Shown: positions 45,813 to 56,780, counted from the stretch's first letter. The stretch: 64,000 bases of DNA from Gammaproteobacteria bacterium (GCA_963662545.2 CAXXLL010000003.1:1152001-1216000), one strand, 5' to 3'. Notes: generated by a model not told the origin, from the sequence alone. Numbers and translations are program-made.

Positions 45813-46826
45813 GTGTACGGCCGCGCCTGTATCCGGATAATGCTGCTGCTTGCCCTGTCGCTAGAGGTATACGGCCTCGACGCGTCGCATATTGCAGTCC
45901 TCTACAACGTCTTGGACGAGGATAGCCGCGCGATCGCGTTCTACTACGCGAATAGGCGCAAAATCCCCGAGCATCACATCGTGCCCGTATCGATCAAGTC
46001 GCCGGGCCGCGACCTGGATCCGGAAAGCTTCAATGATTTATTGGATGGCGTGCGCGACAGGACGTCGGAATATGTCGAAGCTTATGTACTTGCGTGGACT
46101 TTACCCTTTCGAGTGGATTGCATGTCGATAACGTCGGCCTTTGCTTTCGGCTTTGACACAACGCACTGCGCCACGGATTGCGAAACGACGGCAGTCAATC
46201 CCTACTTCGATTCACCGTCACGTTTTCCTTACCGCGACCACGACGTGCGACCGGCAATGATGCTGGCCGGCCGCACGGTGCAAAACGTGAAAGTCCTGAT
46301 CGATCGCGGCGTGAGCTCGGATTACACGCAGCCCATCTCGACGGCTTATTTGAAAGACACAGAAGATATCGCGCGCAGTACTCGCGCTTCGCGTTATGCG
46401 ATTGCGGTAAGAAATGTATCGGACCGGTTTCCCGTGCGGGTCATCAAATCGGACGACGTTCCATACCTGCTTGACGTCATGTTTTTTTTCACGGGAGCGA
46501 AAAGCGTGCCGTACCTTAATCGCCTCGGATTCCTGCCGGGTGCGCTTGCAGATCATTTGACATCCGCCGGCGGCGTTCTGATCGGGAGTTCGCAGATGAG
46601 CATCCTCGATTGGATCGAAGCAGGCGCGACCGGCAGCTTCGGCGCCGTGACCGAGCCATGCAACTTTCCGCAGAAGTTTCCCGATCCCGCGCTGGCGATG
46701 ATGTACTACCTGAACGGCGAAACCTTGATTGAAGCCTATTGGAAAAGCGTCCGCTGGCCGGGGCAGGGTGTTTTCGTCGGCGAACCGCTCGCTAAGCCCT
46801 TCGCAAAGCGGCCGCGGGCCGACTGA
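45813..46826 (+). CDS. TIGR03790-like protein
   Basis: AIAFYYANRRKIP, FLPGALADHLTS, GAVTEP, VGEPLAKPF. Confidence 0.75.
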   Translation: MYGRACIRIMLLLALSLEVYGLDASHIAVLYNVLDEDSRAIAFYYANRRKIPEHHIVPVSIKSPGRDLDPESFNDLLDGVRDRTSEYVEAYVLAWTLPFRVDCMSITSAFAFGFDTTHCATDCETTAVNPYFDSPSRFPYRDHDVRPAMMLAGRTVQNVKVLIDRGVSSDYTQPISTAYLKDTEDIARSTRASRYAIAVRNVSDRFPVRVIKSDDVPYLLDVMFFFTGAKSVPYLNRLGFLPGALADHLTSAGGVLIGSSQMSILDWIEAGATGSFGAVTEPCNFPQKFPDPALAMMYYLNGETLIEAYWKSVRWPGQGVFVGEPLAKPFAKRPRAD

Positions 46827-46858
46827 ATCAGAAGCCGGACCCAATGTAGGCTAGTCTC

Positions 46859-47062
46859 TTGCGCCGCTTCGCACCCTTTTTATACGTTTTGCTTCTCGTC
46901 GCGGCAGTACCCTGGTACTACCCGGGCGACAATCACGCGCTGCTCTTCGGAATGCCGGCGTGGGTCGTCATCGCGATCGTGGTGTCGTTTGCTGCATCGG
47001 TACTGACCGCGTTGATCCTGCGCCGCCCGTGGCCGGGCGAAAGCGATATGGACGATGAGTAA
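46859..47062 (+). CDS. Small two-TM partner of a sodium:solute symporter
   Basis: PWYY..LFGMPAW; overlaps the symporter start. Confidence 0.75.
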   Translation: MRRFAPFLYVLLLVAAVPWYYPGDNHALLFGMPAWVVIAIVVSFAASVLTALILRRPWPGESDMDDE

Positions 47063-48542
47063 TCTCGTTCCGCTCGGGCCGGGGGCTTGGGCATTCATTT
47101 CACTTTATCTGCTTTCATTATTGATCATTGGCTGGATCGCACGGCGTGCGCGGCGTGAAGACACCCTGCAGGATTTTTATCTGGCGGGAAGGGGCTTTGG
47201 TTTTACGGTGCTTTTTCTGACACTTTTCGCCACGCAGTACAGCGGTAATACCTTTTTCGCGTTCACCGGCGCCACCTACCGGATCGGCTATGCGTGGATT
47301 ACGAGCCTGCACTTCATGACCACCGTCGTGATCTGCTATTTGATCTTTGCGCCGAAACTGCATCGCCTCGCGCGTGAACGCGGCTACTTGACGCCCGGCG
47401 ATTACATTCAGGATCGATTTAAAAACAAGACGCTCACGCTCTTCGTCACGGTGATCATGATCGTTGTGCTGTGCAATTTCTTACTCGCACAATTGATGGC
47501 CATGGGTCGGGCCATGCAGGGGCTCGCCAACGACGAGGGCGCCATCGCCTACACCGGCGGTGTCATCGTGCTCGCCCTCATCATGGTGATTTACGGCACG
47601 CTGGGCGGTATGCGGGCTGTCGCGTGGACCGACGCCATTCAGGGCGGCATTCTCGCGATTGGTTTCGTGCTCTTGCTCGTCATGCTGCTCGATCGGTTCG
47701 GGCCGCTCGAGGAGGCCACGCGCATCATCATGCAGGCCGATATCGCCGGCGGTACTCGCAAAGCCCTGCCGCCCGACGCAGCCCGCTGTCGCGAATGGCT
47801 GAGTTACATCCTCACCGTAGGCTTCGGCATCTGTCTCTACCCACAGGCGATACAGCGCATCTACGCGGCGCGCTCGCCCAGGACCTTGCGTCTGAGCCTC
47901 TCGGTCATGGCGTTCATGCCCTTACCGACGATGATCATTTCACTGGTGGCCGGGATCATGGCGCTCGCCTACATCCCGGGCCTCGAAGGCGCCTCTGCCG
48001 ATCAGATCTTCGGGCGCGTGCTGCGCGAGATTCAGCTCCATTCCGCCCTCGGTTACGGTTTGGTCGTCGTTACCCTGTCAGCCGTGCTCGCCGCCATGAT
48101 GTCGACCGCGGATTCGGCGCTTCTATCGATCTCCTCCATGCTGACCAAGGACATCTGCGCCGAAAATCTGCTACCAAAGGCTTCTCAGGAAACGCTGACG
48201 CGTCTCGGCAAGGCGTTTTCCTGGCTCATCATCGTCCTTCTGATTGGAGTGGCATTGCTGCTGCGCGAAAAGGCCTCGCTGGTGACGTTAATGGATCGCA
48301 AACTCGATTTGCTGATCCAGCTCACTCCCGCTTTCATGCTCAGTTTGCGTTGGCAAAGATTGCACGGCGGTGCCGTATTCGCCGGACTCGTGACGGGCAT
48401 TGTGATCGCACTAACCTTGGCTTTCGGCGTTCTGGACTTCGTCGTCAGGGGCAAGGTATACGGCTTTCATCCCGGACTGGTGGCGCTTCTTCCCAATCTG
48501 GCGATCGCCGTCATCGGTTCCCTGCGTCAAAAATCCGACTGA
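47055..48542 (+). CDS. Sodium:solute symporter (PanF/PutP-like)
   Basis: DFYLAGR, GGMRAVAWTDAIQG, AAMMSTADS. Confidence 0.92.
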   Translation: MSNLVPLGPGAWAFISLYLLSLLIIGWIARRARREDTLQDFYLAGRGFGFTVLFLTLFATQYSGNTFFAFTGATYRIGYAWITSLHFMTTVVICYLIFAPKLHRLARERGYLTPGDYIQDRFKNKTLTLFVTVIMIVVLCNFLLAQLMAMGRAMQGLANDEGAIAYTGGVIVLALIMVIYGTLGGMRAVAWTDAIQGGILAIGFVLLLVMLLDRFGPLEEATRIIMQADIAGGTRKALPPDAARCREWLSYILTVGFGICLYPQAIQRIYAARSPRTLRLSLSVMAFMPLPTMIISLVAGIMALAYIPGLEGASADQIFGRVLREIQLHSALGYGLVVVTLSAVLAAMMSTADSALLSISSMLTKDICAENLLPKASQETLTRLGKAFSWLIIVLLIGVALLLREKASLVTLMDRKLDLLIQLTPAFMLSLRWQRLHGGAVFAGLVTGIVIALTLAFGVLDFVVRGKVYGFHPGLVALLPNLAIAVIGSLRQKSD

Positions 48543-48762
48543 TTGCTGCAATGCAATAATCCGCCCCAGGCCGTCGCCACAAGGTGACACCGGCCCGTCC
48601 CCTCTTTGTTCTCTTGCGTCCGCGCGTCGCGAAAACCATCACATTTTGCCCGCCAAAGCTTTAACGGGTTCTCACTTATGGACCGAAATTCAGCGAATCT
48701 GAGTGGAATGGAACGCTTGTTGCTTTACCCACCGTAACGCCAGAAAAGCCACGGAGCTGAGC

Positions 48763-48969
48763 ATGAACGCCTTACAGCCATTGATCGAGTCCTCGCGGTA
48801 CGCCGGATACCAAGATTTAAACGGAGAGTACATTCCCTTCGAGACTGCCGACGAAGTCTTCAGCCGGGCGCGCGCGATCGGCGCGAGAGTCCTTCTACGG
48901 CTAGAGCTCGACGAACGTCACGAACTCAGAGGTATTTTTTACACCAACGACCGCAGTTTGAGCAGCTGA
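48763..48969 (+). CDS. Small hypothetical protein
   Basis: GGAG RBS before ATG 48763; 68 aa. Confidence 0.4.
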   Translation: MNALQPLIESSRYAGYQDLNGEYIPFETADEVFSRARAIGARVLLRLELDERHELRGIFYTNDRSLSS

Positions 48970-49223
48970 TACCAAGCGCGTTCGAAATCGTCACAGGACA
49001 GATTTCCCGCACCACGGACCCCCTCGCCACGGACGGCCTCTTTGATACAAGCTATCGCCCTTTATCGAGTTTTGAAAAACTCGGATCTTTCACTGTCTGG
49101 TAGCTAATTGCTCACAGGCTGACTCCTTCACCGGTCTGTCCTTAACTCTAGAACTCGTTGGCGGTCGTGCGACGAACATTTCTTTTTCGTCGGCGTGAGG
49201 TGAAAATGCCGGAAGGGGCTTAA

Positions 49224-49374
49224 GGAACCTCTGAATAAGTTATGGCACACCTGCCTTGCGCCTGAAATCGCGCGGCTCGGCGCTACGAATCTTGCCCATA
49301 GTCCCCGCTATGGCCTGCGATTCGTGCCTTGATCTGCACGATTTCATCCGCGCCATAACTTATTCAGAGATTCC
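49224..49374. mobile_element. Family A element copy A7, 151 bp (11-bp internal deletion)
   Basis: GGAACCTCTGAATAAGTTATGG / CCATAACTTATTCAGAGATTCC; TTAA flanks. Confidence 0.88.
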
Positions 49375-49397
49375 TTAATCTCCAATCTGACAAGACC

Positions 49398-50147
49398 ATG
49401 AAGGCTTGGCTTGTGCCAAATCCTCTCCCGAGCTTATCGCGCGAGCAGTTGTTCGCGCTGTGTTTGCCTTTTTTGGCAGCAGCGTTCATGGCCGGCTGTA
49501 GTTCTTCGAGTTCTTCCTACTTCCCCCTCGAACGTTCGCGTTGGTGGTATTACGAAATCAGCGAAACGATTCTGGACGAGCACCGCGACAGCCGCTACAT
49601 CGTCGTGAATTCCGGAAAAGGCGTACTCGACGCTCAGGACGTCTTTCTCCAGTCTGCGCAAATCACCTCGCTCGACTACCTCCGCTACAACGGAGACGGT
49701 GTCGAACGCATCGCGAGCCGCCGGCCGGGTATGCCGGGTATCGTGCGTGAAGAAAGTACGCGGGTGGTACTTCCGGACACGTTGGAACCAGGCCGCAAAT
49801 GGCGCGTGTCAACTACCCTGGGCTTGATCGAAAGTCGAACGTTCGCCCGCACCGATCGCGTCGTCGTGCGCCGGTACCCTGTAGAAATCGAAAAAACCAT
49901 CGCGGCGAACGATGCTTCCGTCCGAGTGGAAGCCGGATATTTCGATGACTGCATCCGCGTCGAAAGTGAAGGACGCGCCGTCATCGCCACCGATCGAGGA
50001 ATTTCGCAGGCCTCGGTCTTGGTTCGCATCACCGAATGGTATGCAAAAGACGTGGGCCTGGTCCGACTGAAACGTGTGGAAAGCTCCGACAGCCCGTTTT
50101 TAAAGACCGGGACGCAGACTTGGGAGCTTGCAGATTATGGAGGCTGA
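49398..50147 (+). CDS. Hypothetical lipoprotein
   Basis: Lipobox MAGC, YFPL...WYY, VRVEAGYFDDC, EWYAKDVGLV. Confidence 0.8.
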   Translation: MKAWLVPNPLPSLSREQLFALCLPFLAAAFMAGCSSSSSSYFPLERSRWWYYEISETILDEHRDSRYIVVNSGKGVLDAQDVFLQSAQITSLDYLRYNGDGVERIASRRPGMPGIVREESTRVVLPDTLEPGRKWRVSTTLGLIESRTFARTDRVVVRRYPVEIEKTIAANDASVRVEAGYFDDCIRVESEGRAVIATDRGISQASVLVRITEWYAKDVGLVRLKRVESSDSPFLKTGTQTWELADYGG

Positions 50148-50210
50148 ACGCGGGTCTCCGAAAATTTGGGTTCTGCCAGGGTAGGCCAGGCGCGCGCAAG
50201 CGGGCCGCTA

Positions 50211-50240
50211 TTAGAAATAATCTCAAAATTATCCGCATAC
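50211..50240. repeat. Solo or degenerate end of a family C element
   Basis: TTAG-AAATAATCTCAAAATTATCCGC resembles the reverse complement of the right end of 39060-39217. Confidence 0.6.
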
Positions 50241-50415
50241 GAATCCGCTTGGCGGCGAACTGATGTGCTGCCTCATGATTTTCGACGTCTATCTTGAAAC
50301 CGCCTTGTTGGGTCATGTCGAATCGATTAACCTGTGCCGCCCCCGGCCGGCCTGGACCGCAGTACAGCTCGTCGTCGTTGCCGGAGAGCGGGTGCAAATC
50401 GAATAAGGCGGCTCC

Positions 50416-51900
50416 GTGACACCGGATCGAAAAAACGAACTGCGCGATGCGGAATACCGGCGCGTGCCCGTGACGCGGCGCGTGCTGGCCGATCTCGACA
50501 CGCCGCTCAGCGTTTATGCGAAGCTCGCCCGCGGCAGGCACTCCTTCCTCCTCGAATCGGTCGAAGGCGGCGAAAAATGGGGCCGTTATTCCATCATCGG
50601 CCTGCCCGCGACGCGCACGATCGTCGTTCGTGGAAACCGCGTCATTGTGAGCGAGGGCGAGCGCGCGATCGAAGAGACGACGGTCGAGGACCCGCTCGCC
50701 TTCATCGAGGCTTACCAGGCTCGTTTTGCTGTGCCGCCTGCCGAAGATCTGCCCAGATTCTGCGGCGGTCTCGTCGGCTACTTCGGCTATGACGCGGTCC
50801 GGTTCGTCGAGCCGCGGCTGCGTGATACGAGCCCGCCCGATCCTCTGAATACGCCCGATATCTTTTTGCTTCAGGCCGATGAATTCGTCATTTTCGACAA
50901 CCTGAGAGGCGAATTGCTGCTGGTCAACTACATCGATGCCGATGACCGGAGCGCGCGCGAATGCGCCGTAGGGAAACTCGAAGAACTGGCGCAACGCCTC
51001 AAGGCACCGGTGCCGGCTTTTCCCGTCGCCACCGGAAACACGCCGGCGGATGAAGCGGATTTCGATTCGGAATTCGGCAGCGAGGCGTTCATGCGCGCGG
51101 TCGAGCGGGTCAAACAGTACATCATCGACGGCGATGTCATGCAGGTCGTCCTGGCGCAACGTATGTCCATCGATCTCGACGTCCCCCCGCTCCATGTATA
51201 CCGGGCGTTGCGGCACTTAAATCCCTCGCCGTATTTGTTCTACCTGGATCTGGATGACTTTCACGTGATCGGATCATCGCCGGAAATCCTGGTCAGACTG
51301 GAAGACGGCCTGGTGACGACGCGGCCACTGGCCGGTACGCGTCCACGCGGGCGTACGCCCGAAGAAGATTTAGCGCTGGAACGGGAACTGCTCTCCGATC
51401 CAAAGGAGTTGGCCGAACACCTGATGCTCATCGATCTCGGCCGTAATGACATCGGGCGGGTCTCTGAAACGGGTAGCGTACGGGTTACTGAAAAGATGGT
51501 GATCGAGCGCTACTCGCACGTCATGCATATTTCGTCCAACGTAGAAGGCACCCTAAAGGCCGGCAAGACCGCCATGGACGTTTTGCGCGCGACACTTCCA
51601 GTCGGAACGCTCTCGGGTGCGCCGAAAATTCGAGCGATGGAGATCATCGACGAACTCGAACCGGTCAAACGAGGAGTGTATGGCGGTGCGGTCGGTTATC
51701 TCTCCTGGAACGGCAACATGGATACCGCAATTGCAATACGCACCGCCGTCATGAAAGAGGGCCGGCTCTATATAGAAGCGGGATGTGGGATCGTGGCCGA
51801 TTCCGTGCCGCAGCTCGAGTGGGAAGAAACCATGAACAAGGGCCGCGCCATCTTCCGCGCCGTCGCGATGGCGCAGAGCGGGCTCGAGCCGACGGATTGA
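50416..51900 (+). CDS. trpE: Anthranilate synthase component I
   Basis: [47 protein letters not shown]. Confidence 0.96.
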   Translation: MTPDRKNELRDAEYRRVPVTRRVLADLDTPLSVYAKLARGRHSFLLESVEGGEKWGRYSIIGLPATRTIVVRGNRVIVSEGERAIEETTVEDPLAFIEAYQARFAVPPAEDLPRFCGGLVGYFGYDAVRFVEPRLRDTSPPDPLNTPDIFLLQADEFVIFDNLRGELLLVNYIDADDRSARECAVGKLEELAQRLKAPVPAFPVATGNTPADEADFDSEFGSEAFMRAVERVKQYIIDGDVMQVVLAQRMSIDLDVPPLHVYRALRHLNPSPYLFYLDLDDFHVIGSSPEILVRLEDGLVTTRPLAGTRPRGRTPEEDLALERELLSDPKELAEHLMLIDLGRNDIGRVSETGSVRVTEKMVIERYSHVMHISSNVEGTLKAGKTAMDVLRATLPVGTLSGAPKIRAMEIIDELEPVKRGVYGGAVGYLSWNGNMDTAIAIRTAVMKEGRLYIEAGCGIVADSVPQLEWEETMNKGRAIFRAVAMAQSGLEPTD

Positions 51901-51929
51901 TCCAAATGCCCCCGGCTCGGTTTATCTAT

Positions 51930-51998
51930 GAGATGATTCATGAGCAGCTTGATTTTGTAGCAATTGCCGGACTGAATATCTCCATAGACTCGATACAC
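51930..51998 (-). pseudogene. N-terminal remnant of a glutathione S-transferase
   Basis: MYRVYGDIQSGNCYKIKLLMNHL (SGNCYK motif); similarity stops just before the trpE 3' end. Confidence 0.6.
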
Positions 51999-52175
51999 CT
52001 ACATTCCTGCTTCTGCCGTATAACGATGAGGATCACCGGCGTGTTACAGCGCGTTTGTTTGGGATGAAAATAGGACCGCGGGACGTTCCCTCGGAAACGC
52101 TTTTTTAGTGAGAAGCATTCGTATTTGCTGGCGATCGGTTGATGCCGATACTGAAAAAAATCCTGCGAACCCGCG

Positions 52176-52394
52176 CTAATCGATCTCCACCGCGACCATG
52201 CCCGCATCGAGACCCTCGGTGCCCTCGGTGACATGCACCGCCCTGACCACGCCGTCGGCGGGCGCGTCGTGCGGAACCTCCATTTTCATGATTTCCATGA
52301 TGAAAAGGGTGTCTCCTGCCTTCACCGCGTCGCCGGGTTTGACCAGGACCTTCCACATGTTGCCCGCCGATTGCAAACTTACTTCCTTCACCAA
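52176..52394 (-). CDS. Stand-alone biotin carboxyl carrier protein
   Basis: GNMWKVLV, EIMKME. Confidence 0.88.
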   Translation of the reverse strand: MVKEVSLQSAGNMWKVLVKPGDAVKAGDTLFIMEIMKMEVPHDAPADGVVRAVHVTEGTEGLDAGMVAVEID

Positions 52395-52395
52395 T

Positions 52396-53370
52396 CTACG
52401 AACCCTCGATGGTAGCCTCGGTACACAGCGCCTTGATATCCGCCGCGGCCTGTTGCGCCTGTTCGACGGTCACCGATTTGAAATTCAGGATCTCCCCCGG
52501 TCGCGCCTGTCCCAACTTCCAGAACGCGCATTGCGGAACCGTATAGGGGTTGATGAATCCCCCCATGCTCGGCCCGTCGTTGACGAGAATGATCGGGGTT
52601 TGTCCGCCGAGGTTGATTGCGCCGAGTGGGTAACCCTGATCGATGATGTTAGACGGCTCTTCGCCGTGTTCGGGCAGCTTGTTGTGGGCCTTGTCGGTAA
52701 ACGTCCAATTGGGCCCGTCGAGACGAAAGCCCGTGCGATCGCTTTTCGAAGAGAGCTTCCAGTCCGCGCTCAGAAATCGTAGATGTCCGGCTTCGTCTAT
52801 CCAATCGTCGTTGGGGCCCCGAACCGCTTCGATCTCCCAGCGCAGGTCGGTCCGGATGACCGGCCGCGCGACTTGCTTGACCCGGCGCCCGGGCTTGCCC
52901 TTGCCTTCGCCGACGGGAACCACCTGCCCGGCTTTAAGCGCATACCCTTCCATACCGCCGACCCCGGCCTTGTGAAAAGTGGCGCGCGCGCCGAGCAAGG
53001 GCTCGGTTGCGATGCCGCCGGCGATCGCAATGTATGCACGTGCGCCGGTCGCGGCGAACGTCATCTCCAGCGTCTGCCCCGCCTTAATTGCGACGCTCTC
53101 CCAGGTCACACAGGGTTCTCCGTCGATCTTCGCCTGCATGTCCGCCCCGGTCAGCGCGATGATCGCGTCGCGCTGGAATTTCAGGGTCGGGCCGATAAAC
53201 TGGCACTCGAGGCCGGCATCTCCCGGCGCATTGCCGACCAGGACGTTGGCCAGACGAAACGACCATGAATCCATGGGCCCCGAGGGCGGGAAACCCTTAT
53301 TCCAATAACCGACGCGTCCCGGCCAATCCTGCACGGATGTCTCCAGACCGGGTTTGATGACCTCTAGCAT
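52396..53370 (-). CDS. PxpC/AHS2-like carboxyltransferase subunit
   Basis: TSVQDWPGRVGY, PPSGPMD, ANVLVGN, SDRTGFRL. Confidence 0.88.
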   Translation of the reverse strand: MLEVIKPGLETSVQDWPGRVGYWNKGFPPSGPMDSWSFRLANVLVGNAPGDAGLECQFIGPTLKFQRDAIIALTGADMQAKIDGEPCVTWESVAIKAGQTLEMTFAATGARAYIAIAGGIATEPLLGARATFHKAGVGGMEGYALKAGQVVPVGEGKGKPGRRVKQVARPVIRTDLRWEIEAVRGPNDDWIDEAGHLRFLSADWKLSSKSDRTGFRLDGPNWTFTDKAHNKLPEHGEEPSNIIDQGYPLGAINLGGQTPIILVNDGPSMGGFINPYTVPQCAFWKLGQARPGEILNFKSVTVEQAQQAAADIKALCTEATIEGS

Positions 53371-53384
53371 TTAAGGAACCTCCG

Positions 53385-54257
53385 TCAGAATCGCTTGCTC
53401 AAATCAAGCTTGCCGACCCATTCCTTGTACTTGCGTACCGAGAATCGTTGGTATTCGATGATGTTGTACTTATAGCTGCCCTCCTGGACCTTGCGGTCGA
53501 CTTCCTCGTACTCCTCCATTGAGCACGTCACGAACTTGAGGCGATCGCCGGGGCGTAAGATGCATAATTCGCCGTTGAATTCTTCGAATTTCCGATCGCG
53601 ATCCCAGATCGGGACGGGCGTGCGACCGAACAACTGATAGCCGCCCGGGCTCGCGACCGGATAGATGGCAGTCGACATGCCGCCCATGGCCAAGGTGCCT
53701 TGGGGCGTCCAGGTGCGCGGCGGATTATATTTCGGCACGGTCAGCCGACAGCGCGGATCGAGCGGCATGAGAAACGCGAGCCCGGGCCAAAAACCGAGGC
53801 TCGCCGCCCAGTATTCGGTCCCGGAATGGACCCGCACGAATTGGTTGACGTCTTCGAGGCCGTTGACTCTGGCGATGAACTCCGGATCCTGTTCTTTGTC
53901 CGGATTGATCTTCTCCCGGTAATCATCAATGCATTCCCTGCTCCAGGGATCGAGATAAAGCGTCTGAAAATAGAACAGACGGCTGTCCATCTCGATATCC
54001 TTGCTCGGACCGAGCGAATCGATCAGGCGCGACACCTCTTGTTTCAGATCCGTGTAGCCGATGATCTCGGGCTCGTAGTGAATGAGCGTCGTCGCGAAAC
54101 ACGGAGCGGTCTCGATGACCCCGGGTATCGTGCCGCCGTCGAGCGCTTCCGCCAGGCCCTGCCCCATGAAGTTCAGGTCGAGATTCATTTCATCGCCGAA
54201 TTCGATCAGCATGTAGCGATCGCCGCCCGGACTGAATGTCGGTGTCTCATAAATCAT
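53385..54257 (-). CDS. PxpB/AHS1-like carboxyltransferase subunit
   Basis: GDRYMLIEFG, GFWPG, PKYNPPRTWTP, SPGGYQLFGRT. Confidence 0.88.
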   Translation of the reverse strand: MIYETPTFSPGGDRYMLIEFGDEMNLDLNFMGQGLAEALDGGTIPGVIETAPCFATTLIHYEPEIIGYTDLKQEVSRLIDSLGPSKDIEMDSRLFYFQTLYLDPWSRECIDDYREKINPDKEQDPEFIARVNGLEDVNQFVRVHSGTEYWAASLGFWPGLAFLMPLDPRCRLTVPKYNPPRTWTPQGTLAMGGMSTAIYPVASPGGYQLFGRTPVPIWDRDRKFEEFNGELCILRPGDRLKFVTCSMEEYEEVDRKVQEGSYKYNIIEYQRFSVRKYKEWVGKLDLSKRF

Positions 54258-54351
54258 TGTTGCTAAACCGTGACGAAACTGTTCTAAGTCAGCGGAATAT
54301 TGAAAAACGAATTCCTGTCGTCATTCGCTCGATCGACTCGTTTCGTATCCT

Positions 54352-54426
54352 GTCCGCGAAGGCCATCGTGATTCTACCGGCTTTAAATTTCGGGTGCTCA
54401 AGCACCCGCCGGAGATACCATGTCGT
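54352..54426 (-). pseudogene. Possible C-terminal remnant of a biotin carboxylase
   Basis: TTWYLRRVLEHPKFKAGRITMAFAD resembles the AccC-type C-terminus. Confidence 0.5.
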
Positions 54427-54500
54427 AGAGGCCGACGCTGGTATACTCACAGCCCCACCACGAACGGCATTCGCCAGCAACCATTCCTAGTTCCGATCCG

Positions 54501-56069
54501 ATGCGAAGATTACTAGAAGACCGCCTCGAACGATTGATGTCGTCCGGGACGGCAAAGCTGCTGCGTGGCGGAAAAAAGGGTCTCGAAAAGGAAAGCCTGC
54601 GGATCACGGACGACGGCGAAATCGCCCAGACGCCGCACCCCTACGCGTGGGGCTCGCCGCTCACCCATCCCTATATCACGACCGATTATTCCGAATCCCT
54701 GCCCGAACTCATTACGCCGCCCTTCTCCGATACCGCGGCGGCGACCGGATTTCTGGAAGACGTTCACCGCTTCATCTATCAGGACCTGCCGGCGGATGAA
54801 ATGCTGTGGGCGTCGAGTATGCCGTGCGCGGTTTCCGACGACGGCTCGATTCCGATCGCCGAATACGGGAGCTCGAACGTCGGGCGGATGAAACACGTCT
54901 ACCGGGTGGGCCTGGATTACCGCTACGGTCGACGAATGCAGGCTATCTCTGGCGTACATTTCAATTATTCGCTGCCCGAGGAGTTCTGGCCGGCGTTTCA
55001 GGATGACGAAGATCTCGCCGGACCCCTGCAGGGATTTATCGACGACAACTATTTCGCGCTGATCAGAAATTTCAAGCGACTAGGATGGATGATCCCGTTC
55101 CTGTTCGGCAATTCGCCCGCTGTGTGTAAATCTTTTCTCGCCGGACGCACGACGCGATTCAAGGCGTTCACCCGCGGGACCTACTACCTCCCCTATGCAA
55201 CGTCGTTGCGAATGAGCGACATCGGCTACAAGAACAAGAACCAAGCCGCGCTGATCGTCTCCTATGACGATCTCGACGGCTATGTCGCCAGCCTCCGCAG
55301 CGCCATCAAGACGCCCTACCCGGAATACGAGGCCATCGGGGTCAGCGACGGCGAGGAACAGATTCAGCTCAGTACCAACCTGCTTCAAATAGAGAACGAA
55401 TATTACAGCTTCGTTCGCCCCAAGCGGACGACCCGCGCCGGGGAGCGGCCGACGTCCGCGTTGGACGAACGGGGCGTCGAATACGTCGAAGTGCGCGCAC
55501 TTGACGTTGCCAGCACGAGTCCCATCGGCGTCGAAATTGAGCAGTTGTACTTCCTCGAAGCATTCCTGATTTTCTGCCTGCTTGAAGGAAGCGTCGCGCT
55601 GTCCGAAGGCGAGTTGCGGGCTATGGAATACAACGAACTCACAGTGGCCCTGCGCGGCCGAACGCCCGGCCTCGAATTGGCCTATAACGGTTCGCGGCGT
55701 AATCTTCGTGACTGGAGCCTCGAAATCTGCGATCGCATGCAGCCCATTTGCGAGTTCCTCGATGCGGATGATGCATCGCGAAAATACGATAAAGCGCGCC
55801 AACGCCAAATTGCCGTTATCAACGAGCCCGATCGGCTACCATCGACCAAGATCCTGAAGGCCTTGAGCGACGCCGCTCAACCTTTTCATCATTACTCGGC
55901 CGCACTCTCCGTCGCCCACCGATCACATTTCGCCGCACTTCCTCCCGACGATAACCTCAAAGCCAGGTTCGAGCGGCTTGCCGTAGAGTCACACGAAGAA
56001 CAGCGTCGACTGGAATCCGAGGATTCGATATCGTTCGAGGAGTTCGTTGCGGCCTATCTCGACGGCTGA
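54501..56069 (+). CDS. gshA: Glutamate-cysteine ligase
   Basis: GLEKESLR, ITTDYSES, MQAISGVHFN, ATSLRMS, LQIENEYY. Confidence 0.96.
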   Translation: MRRLLEDRLERLMSSGTAKLLRGGKKGLEKESLRITDDGEIAQTPHPYAWGSPLTHPYITTDYSESLPELITPPFSDTAAATGFLEDVHRFIYQDLPADEMLWASSMPCAVSDDGSIPIAEYGSSNVGRMKHVYRVGLDYRYGRRMQAISGVHFNYSLPEEFWPAFQDDEDLAGPLQGFIDDNYFALIRNFKRLGWMIPFLFGNSPAVCKSFLAGRTTRFKAFTRGTYYLPYATSLRMSDIGYKNKNQAALIVSYDDLDGYVASLRSAIKTPYPEYEAIGVSDGEEQIQLSTNLLQIENEYYSFVRPKRTTRAGERPTSALDERGVEYVEVRALDVASTSPIGVEIEQLYFLEAFLIFCLLEGSVALSEGELRAMEYNELTVALRGRTPGLELAYNGSRRNLRDWSLEICDRMQPICEFLDADDASRKYDKARQRQIAVINEPDRLPSTKILKALSDAAQPFHHYSAALSVAHRSHFAALPPDDNLKARFERLAVESHEEQRRLESEDSISFEEFVAAYLDG

Positions 56070-56159
56070 CTCAACAGTGGAACTTCTTTCCGTGACGCGT
56101 ATCTTAGTGACCATCGAGCACCGTCGTTGCGACGTCACCTGAAGGCGAGGTCAGGAGCC

Positions 56160-56732
56160 ATGAACCGAAGACAGATTCTCAAAGCCACCGGGTTAGGAAT
56201 CGCGCTGCCGCTATTGCCGCTCGCCTTTCTCGATGCCGGTGCGCGGACGACCCCGGAATCCATTGTGGAAATGCAGCGCCGCTGGCGCGACTTTCGACCG
56301 GTGGGCTTCGAGCCGGTCCGAGCGGAACCGAGCCTGGACAGGCCGCTGGAGGAATGGCGGCGGGAGCTGCCGCAAGCGGCTTACCGGGTGTTATTCGAGG
56401 AAGATACCGAACGGTCGTATTCGAGCGCGCTGAATGATGAGAAGCGCCCGGGACTGTTTGTCTGCCAGGCGTGCGATCTACCGCTTTTTACTTCCGAAAT
56501 GAAATACGACAGCCGCACCGGTTGGCCGAGCTTCTTCACGACGATCCCCGGTCATCTGGCCACGAAAACGGATTTCAAACAGATCTGGCCCCGTACGGAG
56601 TATCACTGCGTTAAGTGTGGCGGTCACCAAGGACACATATTCGACGATGGTCCCCCGCCAACGGGAAAACGCTGGTGCAATAATGGGCTCGCGCTCCGCT
56701 TCATCGCAATGGCGATAGAAACCGCGGGTTAA
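56160..56732 (+). CDS. msrB: Methionine-R-sulfoxide reductase with Tat signal
   Basis: AGGAG RBS, NRRQILK, GWPSF, two CxxC, RWCNN. Confidence 0.92.
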   Translation: MNRRQILKATGLGIALPLLPLAFLDAGARTTPESIVEMQRRWRDFRPVGFEPVRAEPSLDRPLEEWRRELPQAAYRVLFEEDTERSYSSALNDEKRPGLFVCQACDLPLFTSEMKYDSRTGWPSFFTTIPGHLATKTDFKQIWPRTEYHCVKCGGHQGHIFDDGPPPTGKRWCNNGLALRFIAMAIETAG

Positions 56733-56780
56733 AGTTCGCACGATTAGGTCTCAAAAATAATCGGGAGACCGCCGCTAGGC

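Noticed and set aside
48970-49219. Possible ncRNA or gene remnant in the AT-richer gap
   Set aside because: Only a short hairpin (CGAGTTTT/AAAACTCG); no family recognisable by eye.
53371-53384. TTAAGGAACCTC resembling a family A end
   Set aside because: Only 12 bp, and explained as the minus-strand GGAGG RBS of the AHS2 gene.
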